Shown here one piece after another: positions 1 through 13,989 of a DNA stretch of 64,000 nucleotides. Source of the DNA: Octopus sinensis (Eukaryota); assembly GCF_006345805.1 (NCBI RefSeq), contig NC_043013.1, positions 3,100,001 to 3,164,000 of the forward strand, given 5' to 3'. The translations under genes and the position numbers were made by a program. The notes beneath the pieces were generated by a model. That model did not search any database. It saw only the letters and a program-made list of their open reading frames with translations, and was not told the origin of the DNA. The number at the start of each line of letters is the position of its first letter. Within the stretch, counting starts at the first letter, position 1.

Positions 1-284
<284 letters not shown>

Positions 285-719
285 CTTCAAGCAAACTTCT
301 ACACAGTTTACATTAATCAAAAAGGTATTGGTCCATCCGAGGTTATTGTACAAGGTATATTTTGAAGGTGTGGCTTGGGATCGAATCCAGCAACATAGTT
401 GCAAATATATCAAATAAGTTCCAAGGAAATGCTGGACCAAAAACACTACTGGGCTGTTACACGTATATTCCATAGTCTACAAAGCGTCGTACGAGATTTG
501 GGAAAACTAATACTGAAAGTTAACGCAAAAATTAATCTTCAATGTATTTGTGGATGAGCAGACATTTTACGATAAACAACCCATGCTAGCATGGAAAACG
601 GACGCTAAACGACGATGATGATGATGATGAATAAAATAATCTCGGAAGCATAAATAGAACAATTCATACACCGAAAAGAAAAGTGATCATGTGACCAAAA
701 GTGACCAAAAGACAACTAA

Positions 720-3110
720 CCATGGCTAAAATAAAGATAAACTTGTACAAACTAATGAAGTTAGTGGAAATTAGTCCACAAAATACAAACACATAAGCCG
801 TACAACACCAAGATAACAATAGAAATAACCACATATATAACAAATGAACATTAATTTTATCTTACATAGAAAGAACAAGGTAGAAAAGGAAAGCAAAAAT
901 ATACAGAGAGCAAATAAAAACGTTAAACGATGGTGGCTTCCACACAACTCCTTGTGGAAAAACCTACCAAATACCCAAACACAATATACAATATTCCCAC
1001 ACTTAACAACAAACAATAAAAACACCCAGCATAACAATCTAATCACAGCCAGGAATAAGGAAAATTTATCTGAAAAAAAAATGGAAAAAGAAATATTAGT
1101 AACTACATTAAACAAGAATGGACGAAAACGCCCCACCAAGCTACGATTTAACAAACTCGTCCATGAAATGATAGATTAATGCAAGATGCCTCAAGAAATT
1201 CTTTTAGCCAGAGTAGTATCGAGGGAAATCAGGATCAATTTTAATAGAATAAGAACCTTTTGAACAAAGAAGCAGTGGAAAAAAAATATAATTGAATTGG
1301 AAAGAAAGACTGAAAAAAAAATCCCTCGGTGAAATTGAAAATGTGGAGGATCTAATGATAGAATGGACAGTAGTAAACCAGATATATTTCGAGTGTAAAA
1401 AGACATCCTGGAAGTGAAAGAAAAACTTAAGTCATCTTAGCCAAGTTCTAGCGGATATACATGCTGTGAAAAGTGTGAGCACTTCTTTGATGAGAGTATG
1501 TTATTTGAAACAAATAGCAAAGCATTCCAGAGGGACATCCAATACCCCAGGGTCTTAACAAGTAAAAACACAAGGAATAATGTAATCCTGGATACAATGT
1601 GTCTGGGAAAATGGAATAGTCACGGTTGGAACGCCTGTAATGAGAGATATCTCGGCTAAATAACAAAAACAGAGACATCCAAAAAAAGTAAAATAAATAA
1701 ACTAATACAGTATTAAATTACACACCAACCTCAGCAGAGCCAAAATATCTTGGAAGAAAATATGGAACAGAAACATTCAGCCCAATCGATGCATACAACG
1801 GATTAAACAAAAAAGGGAAGAGAGAATGGTTTATCACACACACAGCCCAGCACAACTTGCAGGGAATTCACTAATGCAATAATAAAGAATGTTGCTAACT
1901 ACAGAAAATCTCTCGGGGTTTATAGTCTCCAATATATGGCTAAAATATCTAACCAGTATTGATGAATCTCTGACAAGAGCATTCAGTAGACTCTACTAAA
2001 CAAATTAAAATCAATACCCGGCTGGCTGTTAGAAGGGGAAACACTATTGATTCTCAAAAATAAAGCATCAGATACCCCGAACAACAAATCAAAAGCATGT
2101 TTGCCATCAGCTACACCTACACTCTACAACAGGTATGCTGTTCAACTGGAAATTAATGGCTGAGAACAGAAAGGGAAAAGATGTATTGTTGCACAGAACA
2201 GTTATTAGTGAATTGGGCAAATACTGAAGAGTGTGAGAAAAGACAGATAAACTCAAGCATAGAATCGATTGATTCTAGAAAAAACATTTGATAGAACACC
2301 ACACTTTTGAATACTGGAAACACAAGAACGTAGGTTCCACTCTAAGGCAGTACAACAACAGTACTATGTCCAAATAGAAAACGGCAATATTACTGCCAAG
2401 ACAGAACATAATAAAAATCTGCTTTTTCACCATAACAAAAATGAGTTTTTTTCAGAAAATTAAAACGGAATCATCCCTTATGATTAGACAACATTGATAC
2501 AACTCAGCAGACAGAAATAAAAGAGGAAATTACAAAATAATATTGTGAAGCAAATGCTTCAAACTCAGTACAAGAAGTAAAATAATAGGTATAGATACCC
2601 GCGCCAGCTCAAGCATAAATTACTTGATTCAATATGGTAATTTGGATATGAAGTGAACAGAGTCCAACGAGGAAAATCAGCGAACTAATGATTACATTAC
2701 TTCAATGTTCAAGTCGATATAGAACGATATAGAAAAATGAGAGATAGAGATAAGCAAGTCTGGTGACTCCTACGAAGGTTAGGTAGGGTAAAGAAATTAC
2801 TATAGAGCAAGGTGTCTGAAAATATTGTTAATTTTGAAACAAATACTTGAAACAGTTGGTAAAATTGGTGAAGAGACGACTATGGAAGAACAAGAAAACT
2901 TCATATTTTGGAAGGTTATAAAATACTTCCAGGATTTTTCCTTTAATGATTTAATCAGAGTAATAAGTAAACGGCATCCATGGATCTTTTCAATGTTGAT
3001 GAAGGGAAGGAAGAATTTACTCTAAGACTGGAATCGTGACTCGAAGGCTTGGAACAGCGTCGATTACTTTAAAGATAGGCAAGGAACAGGTGGTGATGTT
3101 AAAACTAGGT
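720..3110 (+). mobile_element. Highly decayed R4/Dong-like (RLE-type) non-LTR retrotransposon
   Basis: Broken-frame RT motifs: IPGWLLEGETLLILKNK (~2014-2064), EQKG..EQLLVN (~2162-2213), ID..K.FD..PH (~2267-2304). Many stops and frameshifts. Confidence 0.6.
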
Positions 3111-3780
3111 GAATGAATAAAGCTACTATACAAGTATAGGAACGATTCATCGATAAATTTCATCACAGTTTATGCCTAACAAATTTTTCTCTGAAGACTT
3201 TAGTTAACCTCGGATTATGGTGGAAAACATTACACAAGTTTCCGTACTCAGGGTTTGAAACCGATACAACAGAATTGTAAAACGTGCTTCTTTATGTTAT
3301 CTCTGTGTGTTAAAATGGTATGAGATTCTGTTAAAATGGTATGACAAAACATTGGGCACCATTGCAGTAGCATGATCAAAAACAAGACAGTTCAAAGGAA
3401 ATAAATACATGTTGCAAAAAAAACTAGATGAGATAGGTGTGGTGGGAGGGAACATCGTTATCTTGAAACGGTCCCAGGATTCTGAATATTACATTGACTA
3501 CCAACCATTACCAGAAAATCAAAATTAACTTAAAAAAACATTCCTAAAAGAGGATTAGAAGTTTAATCAAGATGGCTCACTCATGCATTGAGGTTGATAT
3601 ACACGACAATATCAAAGCAAATGGGACGATTCAAATAAAACGTAATGCGCATTATTACTTTTTCATGACTTTAACTTGAAATTGGAGATTTATTTATTTA
3701 CTAGATTACATAATAAATATATTCATTCTATATAACGTATCGAATGACTTAGTTTTAAGAAACCACTTTGTTATATATAT

Positions 3781-3931
3781 TTATTAAAGCTGAAAAAAAA
3801 CTCTTCATAAACTGTTACTCAGAGTTTCTCACCTTTCCGTTCTTCGAACATTTCTGATCACAACTGTCCGACGAACAGTAACGTGGAACTTTGTGTAATA
3901 GTTTGTGAAGAGTTTTTTCGGCTTTAATAAA
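3781..3931. mobile_element. Foldback PLE-like fragment with a degenerate hammerhead motif in each arm
   Basis: Arms ttattaaagctgaaaaaaaactcttcataaactgttac / gtaatagtttgtgaagagttttttcggctttaataa. The combined arms give ctgt-ccgacga-acggaaa(c)gt-gaaactctgagta-acag. Confidence 0.55.
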
Positions 3932-4002
3932 AAAGCATATTATTCTACCTTAGGTATTCGATTACTAAATTTTGCACCTTGTTTTGCATTTATGTGCTTA
4001 TT

Positions 4003-4370
<368 letters not shown>

Positions 4371-4773
4371 GTGGTGGAGAGAATGCAGTTTGGGAGACAA
4401 GCAGCCAGCCAGGTTCACGAAGAGAAAAATCGTAAGACGACGACGCTATGATATATATATAAATCATATGTAACAAACATGGCGTTCACCAAGTTTGTCT
4501 CTTTTCTTGTTCTTCTTGATTTTCTTTTCTTTCATCAGATAAGCCGCAGCACAAGGAGATACATTGTCGCATTTTTATACTTAATTCTACCTCTAGTTTT
4601 ACTAGCTGTGATTAAATCTCTCAGCTCTAGACTGCAGTACCTGCCTGAAGCCGCACGCATGTTTTGATAACACACCCACCGCCAACAATCTATATTTGGC
4701 TTCATCCGCTAAACTGGTTTAACTTACATTAGAGAATACTAATGAGATTATGTCTTGAATTCCTCCAACGTAA

Positions 4774-4834
4774 ACACACACAAACATATATATATATATA
4801 TATATATAATATATATATATTATATATTATATAT

Positions 4835-4913
<79 letters not shown>

Positions 4914-4935
4914 TACAATATATATATATGTATGC

Positions 4936-4972
<37 letters not shown>

Positions 4973-5162
4973 TATACATATATATACATATATATATATA
5001 TCATATATATATACACATATATATATATATAAATATATATAAACATGCACATATATATGCATATACATGCATATCAACCTACACACACATACACGCACAC
5101 ATACACGCACACATACACACACATACGCACACACACGCACATACACGTATACATACGCATAT
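4774..5162. repeat. (TA)n/(CA)n microsatellite block
   Basis: Directly visible. Confidence 0.95.
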
Positions 5163-5172
5163 AGATTTGCAT

Positions 5173-5392
5173 GGAAGCACGTGACTTTGTGGTTTAGGTG
5201 CTGCACTCGTGAACGTAAGTTGCGGTTTCAATTCTTAGCCCGGGCGATGCGTTGTCTTCTTGAGCAAAACACTTCATTCTACCTTCCTTCAATCCACTCA
5301 ACTGACAGAAATGAGTAACCCGTCCAGTAGAGGGTTATACATGTTACAGAATCTGGGAAACCAGCCTCATGTGCATAGAGCTTGTGAAGAAC
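5173..5392 (+). mobile_element. Diverged tRNA-derived SINE (family C)
   Basis: Similar to 53803-54045 (ttgagcaaaacacttcattc...ccactca.ctg...aaatgagtaac). Confidence 0.7.
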
Positions 5393-5519
5393 CTTTTACA
5401 AACGCACGCGCGCATACTATTCTTAAACACGCATATTGTTTATAGTGACTGAGAGAGAGAGAGAGAGGGGGGGAGAAGAGAAAGAGAAAGAGAGAGAGAT
5501 ATAATCAATTCAAATAAAC

Positions 5520-5878
5520 GAACAATAAAATTAATAATAACTAATAACATGAGGACGTGCACAAGGAATGTATCAGTTTGGCGCTCGTTAAAAAGAGAGA
5601 TTGACGTTTCGAGCATAGCTCTTCGTCGAAATGGAGAAAGAAACAATTCAAAGAAGGAAAAGAAATCGCCAACAGCATGTGTGTAGTTACATTGCTTTAT
5701 ATCGTTAGCTCCTACACGCATTTTTTTCTCTCCTTGTTTTTTTCTGTGTATCTTTCTGTCGAAGAGCGTAGGCTCAAAACGTAAAAGTCTTTTTCTATTT
5801 CTATTCCTGAGCGCTATACATTTGTTTGTTTGTACTCCACATGCCTTCGTCTTTTGTTTATTTTCGTAAACTTTCGCG

Positions 5879-5880
<2 letters not shown>
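5520..5880. mobile_element. Two PLE-terminal-repeat-like fragments in opposite orientation, each with a minimal HHR-like motif
   Basis: Minus strand 5603-5629: tcgacgaa-gagc-tat-gctc-gaaacgtc. Plus strand 5756-5788: ctgtcgaa-gagc-gtag-gctc-aaaacgta. The plus-strand family recurs at 22235 and 42020. Confidence 0.55.
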
Positions 5881-5913
<33 letters not shown>

Positions 5914-6071
5914 ATCACCTGCTTACTACACTTCTAATTTTTCTCCTTTCATCGTGTCACTTCGTATTTATATTTTATATACAGGTTTCTTATTTATATT
6001 TCATATTCGTATATTTTATATTTATTATATTTTTCATATTTTTTCATATATTTTTCCTTATTTTTTGCATA

Positions 6072-6178
6072 TTCTTTTATTTGTTTCAATCATTTTGACT
6101 GCAGCCATGCTGGAGCGCCGACTTTAGTCGAACAAATCGACCCCAGGACTTATTCTTTGTAAGCCTACTACTTATTCT
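6072..6178 (-). mobile_element. SINE family A, 3' fragment
   Basis: Matches the 3' tail of the copies at 10138 and 52664. Confidence 0.85.
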
Positions 6179-7065
6179 CCCCCTCCGGTGGCTTACATCT
6201 CACCGAAGGCATTTCGGGACATGTCATCGCCGGCAATGCCCGGTTTTTCTTTTTCTTCTTCTTTCTTTTCCCCTTTGCGACGGGAGGGTGGAGTTCCTCC
6301 GACATGTCCGGAGTTCCCTCCTCCCTCCCGCCACCTTAGGGTCCATCGGTGGGCAACCATTGTTGCCCACCTTCTTTCTCTTAGTACCTTTTCTCGAGGA
6401 GGTTACCTCCTCCTCGACTTTCTCCCTATCTCCCTCCAATGAAGAAGCAGGAGGCTCTGTTGGGGGAACAGGGGGTTTACAGCCATCAATCAACTGTTCT
6501 AGCACCTTCGCCTGGTCCCGGCAACAGTTCTTCTTCATGTGCCCTGATTCCAGACACAGGTGACACTTGGGGGGGGGGCATCAATAATCACCGGGTGCCT
6601 GGAACCGGCCATTGTCAAGAAATCTGGTAAAACCAGATCTTCGGCCGATTGGGCTCATAGGGTCAAAATTGCTTTGGACCCGACCCAATCGACCACAGGC
6701 AGTATTTTTACATTCAAGAGCCTCGCTGGGCCACCACCCAGGCCTCGACGGATAGAATCTTCTATCCACTCAGTCTCTATATCGGGCGGCAGCCCACACA
6801 CCCAGGCTCTTGTCAATTTACGCCCACCATAAGTGGGGAGAAACACAATCTCCCTCCCATCTATAGATTGGCTTGTAAATTTCTGAGCCTCAAAAGCACG
6901 CACACCGTTGCGTACTTTGCACCCCTACGGACGAACCTATAACTTGACACAAAATCCCACCAACTCTTCTTCAATTTCAGTCTGAGGGAATACACAGATG
7001 GTGTCGCGGACCTTCCAATAGGTCCGCAACACCACCGTTCTCTCATCATAGCTTTTTGACCACTC
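6179..7065 (-). mobile_element. L1/Tx1-like LINE ORF1 (gag-like) remnant
   Basis: Frameshifted ORF with a CX2CX4HX4C knuckle (KCHLCLESGHMKKNC) and upstream FLPTYGGRKLTRAWVCGLPPDIETEWIE; paralogue at 46850-47410. Confidence 0.75.
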
Positions 7066-7189
7066 CTTGATATATATAAATCATATAAGTAAAAGAAGCC
7101 CGTTATATGTGTGTGTGCTTGTGTGTGTGTGTGTGTGTGTTTGTGTGTGTGTGCGTGTGTGTGTGTGTGCGTGTGTGTGTGTGTGTGCT

Positions 7190-7370
7190 TGTACCCCCAC
7201 CATCGCTTGTTGGTGTGTTTACGTCCCCGTAACTTAGCAGTTCGGCAAAAGGTACCGATAGAATAAGTATTAGGCTTACAAAGAATAAGTCCTATAAAGA
7301 ATAAGGCTATTAGGTGGTGCTCCAGTATGGCCGCTGTCAAGTGACCGAAACGCATGAAAGAAAAAAAGAA
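7190..7370 (+). mobile_element. SINE family A, 3' half
   Basis: gtgtttacgtccccgtaacttagc.gttcggcaaaa...gctccagtatggccgc. Confidence 0.85.
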
Positions 7371-7430
7371 TATACATGTATGTATTAAATTGTAAATTAA
7401 AAGCATCGCTAGTAATGTAGGCATTACCAC

Positions 7431-7853
7431 GTGCTCTGTTTATTCGCAGAATTCGCTACGGTGAGATTCCCTTGAAAGTTATAGACCAGGTAAGACAACT
7501 CGAGTCAGATCGAATAAAGAATTGCGGATACTGATATTTCGCCATTGTTGTGGCTTATTAACACGACACACTTGGTTCAAACGGAAGACGAACTGAATCG
7601 CCGGTCTATAGCTATATACAAATAATATGAAAAATATTGGATGGTGTGCTACGGCGATGCACAAGTGGAAGTAAATGAAATTACGAATTAAATGCAGTGA
7701 TAGTGTTGTAAACATTATCCATCGTACGCAAACAATGTATGTGTTTTATTTAATCACCGAATTCACCACAGTATAGCGTTTTAACACACAGCATTATTAG
7801 GGAATTTCCCTGAAACGCTATCCCGCAGCGAATTTGGCGAATAAACAAAACAC
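7431..7853. mobile_element. MITE with ~31-bp imperfect TIRs
   Basis: gtgctctgtttattcgcagaattcgctacgg ... ccgcagcgaatttggcgaataaacaaaacac; TSD not clear. Confidence 0.7.
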
Positions 7854-7876
7854 ATTCATTTTGTATGTACGATAAA

Positions 7877-8346
7877 TTCGTGTGTCATATAGCTAGCTAG
7901 AGGCGGTGACCTCTCGGAGCTAATCAGCGACAGCTTTAGTCTTATATTTATAGACTGCCATATTAGTATGACGATAACTATTAATATCCAGTAACGCTGC
8001 CGTAATCTCCTTTAGAGAGACTTAGTAATTTTAATATTTCTATTATTGAAAACAATTGGATGTATTCCACTGTAACTAGGTAAATAAAATCTTCGAACAG
8101 ACGGTCAGTAGCGACACCTGCGGGTCTGACTACGCTGCATTGATAAAGGGCAACAACCCCGAAACATGTCTGCAGATGTCTGACTAGCAAGGTGAAGCGG
8201 CTGACCTCCCCTGTTGGAAGGTTGTAATGGACGCAGGTTCGTGTGTCATATAGCTAGCTATAGGCGGTGGCCTCTTGGAGCTAATCAGCGACAGCTTTAG
8301 TCTTATAATTATAGACTGCCATATTAGAATGGCGATAACTATTAAT
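7877..8346 (+). mobile_element. 1.3-copy tandem of a 361-bp unit carrying a degenerate type I HHR (retrozyme/PLE-like)
   Basis: 7877-7985 is repeated at 8238-8346. HHR 8135-8175: ctgca-ttgataaa-ggg-caacaa-cccc-gaaa-catg-tc-tgcag. Confidence 0.7.
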
Positions 8347-9531
8347 ATATATATATATATAAACAGAGAGAGAGAGAGAGAGAGAGATCCCCTTCTCTTT
8401 CGCTCTCTTAGTCGGTATATATCTCTAGTAAATGCATCAAAAGGACCTCAACGCTTATTTTATAAACTCATTGTTTACCTGTTTTGACTCAACGATGGCG
8501 GAAAAACCAGGGCGTTTTGATACATTTGCGAGAGAGAAATATAGACTGAAAGAAAGAGAGAGAGGGGGGGCAGGCAGATAGACAGACAGAGAGACAAACA
8601 GACAGACAAACAGAGAGAAAGGGAAGATAGAGAAGATAATTTGAGAGTGACGGAAAAAATATTAAGAGTAAAGATGTCTATGAAAATTTCCATTTGCTGT
8701 AACTTTACACTCAGCAACACAGATGAGCGATGACCTTGTTTATATTTGATGAAGGTAAAACGATTAACTCAAAAATGGCCACAACTCGAAAGCTCTCATC
8801 AACTGACAACTGTGAGATGATATTGTACGCAAGGACTTTGCTTATAGTCGTGCCAGCTGTTCGATTGTAATTGTATGAGAAACATGACAATTGCATCTGT
8901 TGAAATTTGCAAAGAATTCCTTCACCGAATTCTCTCTTCTGTCTTTAAAATCCGCGGAAGTTGGTTGAACAATGAGAATAGAGTAGAGTGCAGCAATTAA
9001 CCGACATATTTAGCAAATATTAAAGACTAACCAGTTGAATAGTTATCTCTTCCTTACAATTCACAAAACCTGAAGCGTGGTTGTTCGAACTGCTAGAAGT
9101 AGCAGCTAAAGTCTCCTTCAAATTACACTCCAGAAAAGGCCGCCGTGGATAAGATCCTGAGTTTCCTGTACATAATAAAAGACAGGACGGTTATATCTGG
9201 CATGGCTCTGATTAGAGGTTTGTTTGATCAGGACTCACTTGAGGCTAAACGACAATAACTGATGTTTCCTCTGGTTAGTAATCTGGTGAAACACATTTTC
9301 TAGGAACAATTCATTTCGGTTTTAACTTCAATACAAATTTCTTCACAAGCCATTTATTTTGATGATTTCAAGACATTAAGCTTAGATGTTGTTTGGTTTT
9401 TACTTGTACACAACGGTCGATAAATATTTACGCGGTTGCGCAAAACAATTTGCTTTTAGATCAAAGTTTCACAAAAACTTGCATGACACCAAGATTATAA
9501 TGAACCATAACTACAATCCATATATATTTTG

Positions 9532-9945
9532 AGATCTTTTCGGTTTGAACGGCAGTTTTTAACATAATTTCTAGGTAACTAAACACTTTTAAACTTCGTA
9601 TACTGGTAGAATGTGTTTATAAAACATCTTTTTCTCTTGGCTTTATTGAGAAAATTCTATAGTTTGTAAGATATTTATTGTTTTTTTCTTCAGTTTCTGC
9701 AATATCAACCAATCACTGACGTCTATTGAGGTAAAAAAAAACATTCTGTGTCGTATGAATATGTCCCTCGTTTAAGAAGCAGATTGAGTTTATTTACATT
9801 TGTGAAGAAAAAAAGATACCCTTCTCCCCTAACCCTAACCCTAAAACAGATTGAAATGCAATAGATAGATACTAGGGTCATAACTATGGGTGACAATTTC
9901 ATATGACACCGCTAGAAAAAAATGCCGTTCAAACCGAAAAGATCC
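9532..9945. mobile_element. MITE with GG-terminal TIRs and 8-bp TSD (Merlin- or hAT-type), copy 1
   Basis: TIR (g)gatcttttcggtttgaacggca / tgccgttcaaaccgaaaagatcc; TSD atattttg on both sides; internal ccctaaccctaaccctaa. Confidence 0.9.
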
Positions 9946-10137
9946 ATATTTTGGTCTAGTAAAATAAACTATTTTTTATTGATTCTTTTTAAATGTCTCA
10001 CCCTGTACGAATAAATATTTTTTCCATCCAGTGCTAGCAAGAGTTTTTCTTGTCCGAGCATTAACTAGTCAGTATAGTTTGACATTTAGAAGTTGCTAGA
10101 CAATATCTTACAGTTATATGTGCATATAATTACATAT

Positions 10138-10301
10138 ACGCAGGAGTGACTGTGTGGTAAGTGGCTTGCTAACCAACCACATGGTTCCGGGTTCAGTCCC
10201 ACTGCGTGGCACCTTGGTCAAATGTCTTCTGCTATAGTCCCGGGCCGACCAATGCCTTGTGAGTGGATTTGGTAGACGGAAACTGAAAGAAGCCCGTCGT
10301 A

Positions 10302-10362
<61 letters not shown>

Positions 10363-10579
10363 ATGTGTTTGTGTGTGTGTGTTTGTCCCCCCAACATTGC
10401 TTGACAACCGATGCTGGTGTGTTTACGTCCCCGTCACTTAGCGGTTCGGCAAAAGAGACCGATAGAATAAGTACTGGGCTTACAAAAGAATAAGTCCCGG
10501 GGTCGATTTGCTCGATTAAAGGCAGTGCTCCAGCATGGCCGCAGTCAAATGACTGAAACAAGTAAAGGAGTAAAAAAGT
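10138..10579 (+). mobile_element. tRNA-derived SINE family A, full length, with internal (TA)n(TG)n
   Basis: Pol III A/B-box-like head (gtgactgtgtggt...ggttcagtccc), internal microsatellite and (agtaaaag)n tail; more than 12 copies in the window. Confidence 0.93.
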
Positions 10580-10899
10580 ATACAAAATCAAGCTATATTT
10601 ACAGGGCTTTCATCAGTAACATGGTCAAAGGTCCTCACACTGCTGGTGTTAGGATTTTTATTTTATCTTAAAACAGAATAGACACGTACACACAAACAGG
10701 TATATACAAACATACTCAAACACACACAGATACATGTGCGCACAAATACAGGCGCGCGCGCACACACGCACAAACACACACACATACACAGACGCATATA
10801 TCGATGACATATTTGCCTATATTCATTACATTCCCTCTATCACACACACACACACACACGTCCCCACACATATTCACTCACATATATTCTGTATGATTT

Positions 10900-11155
10900 T
10901 ATACATACGTACACACATACATACATACACACATACATACATACATACATATATACATACATACATACATATATACATACATACATATATACATACATAC
11001 ATATATACATACCTACATACATACCTACATACATACATACATACATACATACATACATACATACATACATACATACATAATACATACATACATACGTATA
11101 TACATACATACATACATACATACATACATACATACATACATACATACATACGTAT

Positions 11156-11186
<31 letters not shown>

Positions 11187-11270
11187 CATACATACCTACA
11201 TACATACCTACATACATACATACATACATACATACATACATACATACATACATACATACATACATACAGG
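10900..11270. repeat. (CATA)n tetranucleotide microsatellite
   Basis: Directly visible. Confidence 0.97.
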
Positions 11271-12795
11271 CAGGCAGACAGAGAGACAGACACACAGACA
11301 TATAGATTACTGCAGGCACTAATAAACATTTTTTTACTTTAATTTCTCAATTCTACTCTTTGGGGATTTCTCGTCTGACAACTCTAAAAGTAACTACACT
11401 TACACATAGTGACTTGTGACGACCAATGTCAAATTAAATATATCAGGAGATTTTACTGAAGATCGTACTACAGAAATTGTTTTGAGCAGCTACAACGATA
11501 AGTCTAATATTGATTTCCCAAATTACGAAACAGGAAAGAAAGAGAACAGAGGCCCTATGAATATTAAAGAGACAGAATATACAGAAACGTAACCAATATT
11601 ATTTTTAAGTGGAGCCTAATATTACTACGATTATTTTACCTCATATCTTTACATTCAACAGATGAAAAGACTATTTGATTATTTTCTCAAATTAATTCCG
11701 ATAAGAATTTTTAATGGAGACTGGAAATCGGCATACGGGACTGTGAATATAGATAAAAAACGATAATATATTTATTATCTCTTTCTATCTGTATACAGTC
11801 TGTCTGCTTCGATGAAATACAAACGTTAGTATTAATATCTTCATAGGAATGAGACATTTACTAAGAATAATCAATTATTAGAACACTGTTGAACATATTC
11901 ATGATGGTTATATAATCAGGAAAATGTATAGAGATTGTCTTGTGTCTACGACGTGTCTAAAGGACGCCTTAACCAAAACAACACACACGAAAATAAATGA
12001 CGTAAATTAAGACCTTCTATTTAATGATGGCTTTTAACTGAAACACCATTGGAGATATACCACATTAATCTAAGACTAGTTGAACAGTTAGCTGAAAATA
12101 AAAGATTGTATCTTCAAAGACTGATGAAATTCTGCCCTAATAGACGAGGCAAGCCGCTACCAAATCTAGTATTAAATGCTGGTATTTTCAGTAAATACAT
12201 ATTTTTTGTTTTATCTAAAAGGAAAAGCCTAATGTCTAGTATTAAACAATTCTGTATGGAATAGTTATTAACTTTCATGAGCCTGTAATGTGAAGCCAGG
12301 GAAGTCTTTTAAATCACTGAATTTTTTTCTTGGTTCATGTCTCTGCTCTGTCTCTTCTGGTTCCGCTGTTTTTTCATTTTGATGACTGTGATCATCATCT
12401 GTTCCATGTGTCAACAGTGTATTGAAAGTTGCTAAGAAGAGCTCCAACGGTTCGTACGCTGTCACTGGCTCCACTGGTGCTAGATCCATTTGTTTCATCT
12501 GTAGGTGTTGTTAAACCCGAGACTGTAAAATAGCTTGATAGCTTTTGGCATTAACAAACTTTGTCAGATCGCTTTTCTTTGAGTTTGTGTTTTTTGGTAT
12601 CCACTTAAGGATTTCGTAAACGCGCTGTTATTTCTCCTGGGTCTTAATCGCTTTCAAAAAATAGGATAAAATTTCCCATCAACAGCGGGACAGAGCTTGA
12701 TTGTAGAGGATGAATAGGATGCAAACAAATGAAGAATGCTTTTATCCAAGTCTCCAGTTCAATGATCAGACAAATCTACGAAACAGAAATATTGA

Positions 12796-12831
<36 letters not shown>

Positions 12832-12839
<8 letters not shown>

Positions 12840-13216
12840 TTGTTTCAGTCATTTGACTGCGGCCATGCTGGAGTACCACCTTTAGTCGAGCAAGTCGACC
12901 CCAGGAATTATTCTTTGTAAGCCTAGTACTTATTCTATCGGTCTCTTTTGCCGGTGACGTAAACACACAACCATCGGTTGTCAAGCGATGTTGGGGGGGG
13001 GGAGGACAAACACAAACACACAAACTCACACACACATATATATATACATATATACGACGGGCTTCGTTCAGTTTCCGTCTACCAAATCCACTCATAGGCT
13101 TTGGTAGCCCGAGGCTACAGTAGAAGACACTTGCCGAAGGTGCCACGCAGTGGGACTGAACCCGGAACCATGTGGTTGGTAAACAAGCTACTTACTACAC
13201 AGCCACTCCTGCGCCT
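12832..13216 (-). mobile_element. SINE family A, near full length
   Basis: Reverse complement of 10138-10579. Confidence 0.92.
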
Positions 13217-13376
13217 ATATTTCATTGTTGAAATAAAAACATAAAGAAATTATTCTTAACTCATTCCCTCAGAACTAATTATGTTACAGTTATAGCTTCG
13301 TGAAAATTGCATTGTCGAGTTGTTTAAATTAAAAAATAAAAAAAAACATAATTATATATTTTTACTATTTTTTTAA

Positions 13377-13560
13377 GGCGTCGTGTTGGCATCTTGAGCG
13401 CGTCGAACAAAATGCTTGGTGGCATTTCTTCTGGCTCTGTACGTTCTGGGCGCAAACCCTACCGAAGTCAACTTTGTCTTTCATCCTTTCAGGATGTAAT
13501 CGACACTTCGCCCGCCCGTCCACCCAATATTGCTGGCCTAGTGTCAAGATTAGAAATAAT
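13377..13560 (+). mobile_element. tRNA-derived SINE family B, diverged
   Basis: aaatgcttggtggcattt..acgttctg..gtcaactttgtctttcatcctttc core, as at 18299. Confidence 0.75.
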
Positions 13561-13569
13561 TGTTTTATG

Positions 13570-13989
13570 GGATCTTTTCGGTTTGAACAGCAGTTTTTAA
13601 CATAATTTCTAGGTAACTAAACACTTTTAAACTTCGTATACTGGTAGAATTTGTTTATAAAACATCTTTTTCTCTTGCCTTTATTGAGAAAATTCTATAG
13701 TTTGTAAGATAGTTGCTGTTTTTTTTCTTCAGTTTCTGCAATTTCAACCACTCAATGACGTCCATTGAGGTAAAAAAAAACATTCTGTGTCGTATGAATA
13801 TGTCCCTCGTTTAATAAACAGATTGGGTTTATTTACATTTGTGAAGAAAAAAAGATACCCTTCCCTCCACCCCTAACCCTAATCCTAAAACAGATTGAAA
13901 TGCAATATATCGATATTAGGGTCATAATTATGGGTGACAATTTCATATGACACCGCTAGAAAAAAATGCCGTTCAAACCGAAAAATTCC
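13570..13989. mobile_element. Same GG-terminal MITE, copy 2
   Basis: Near-identical to 9532-9945; distinct 8-bp TSD gttttatg at 13562-13569 and 13990-13997. Confidence 0.92.
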
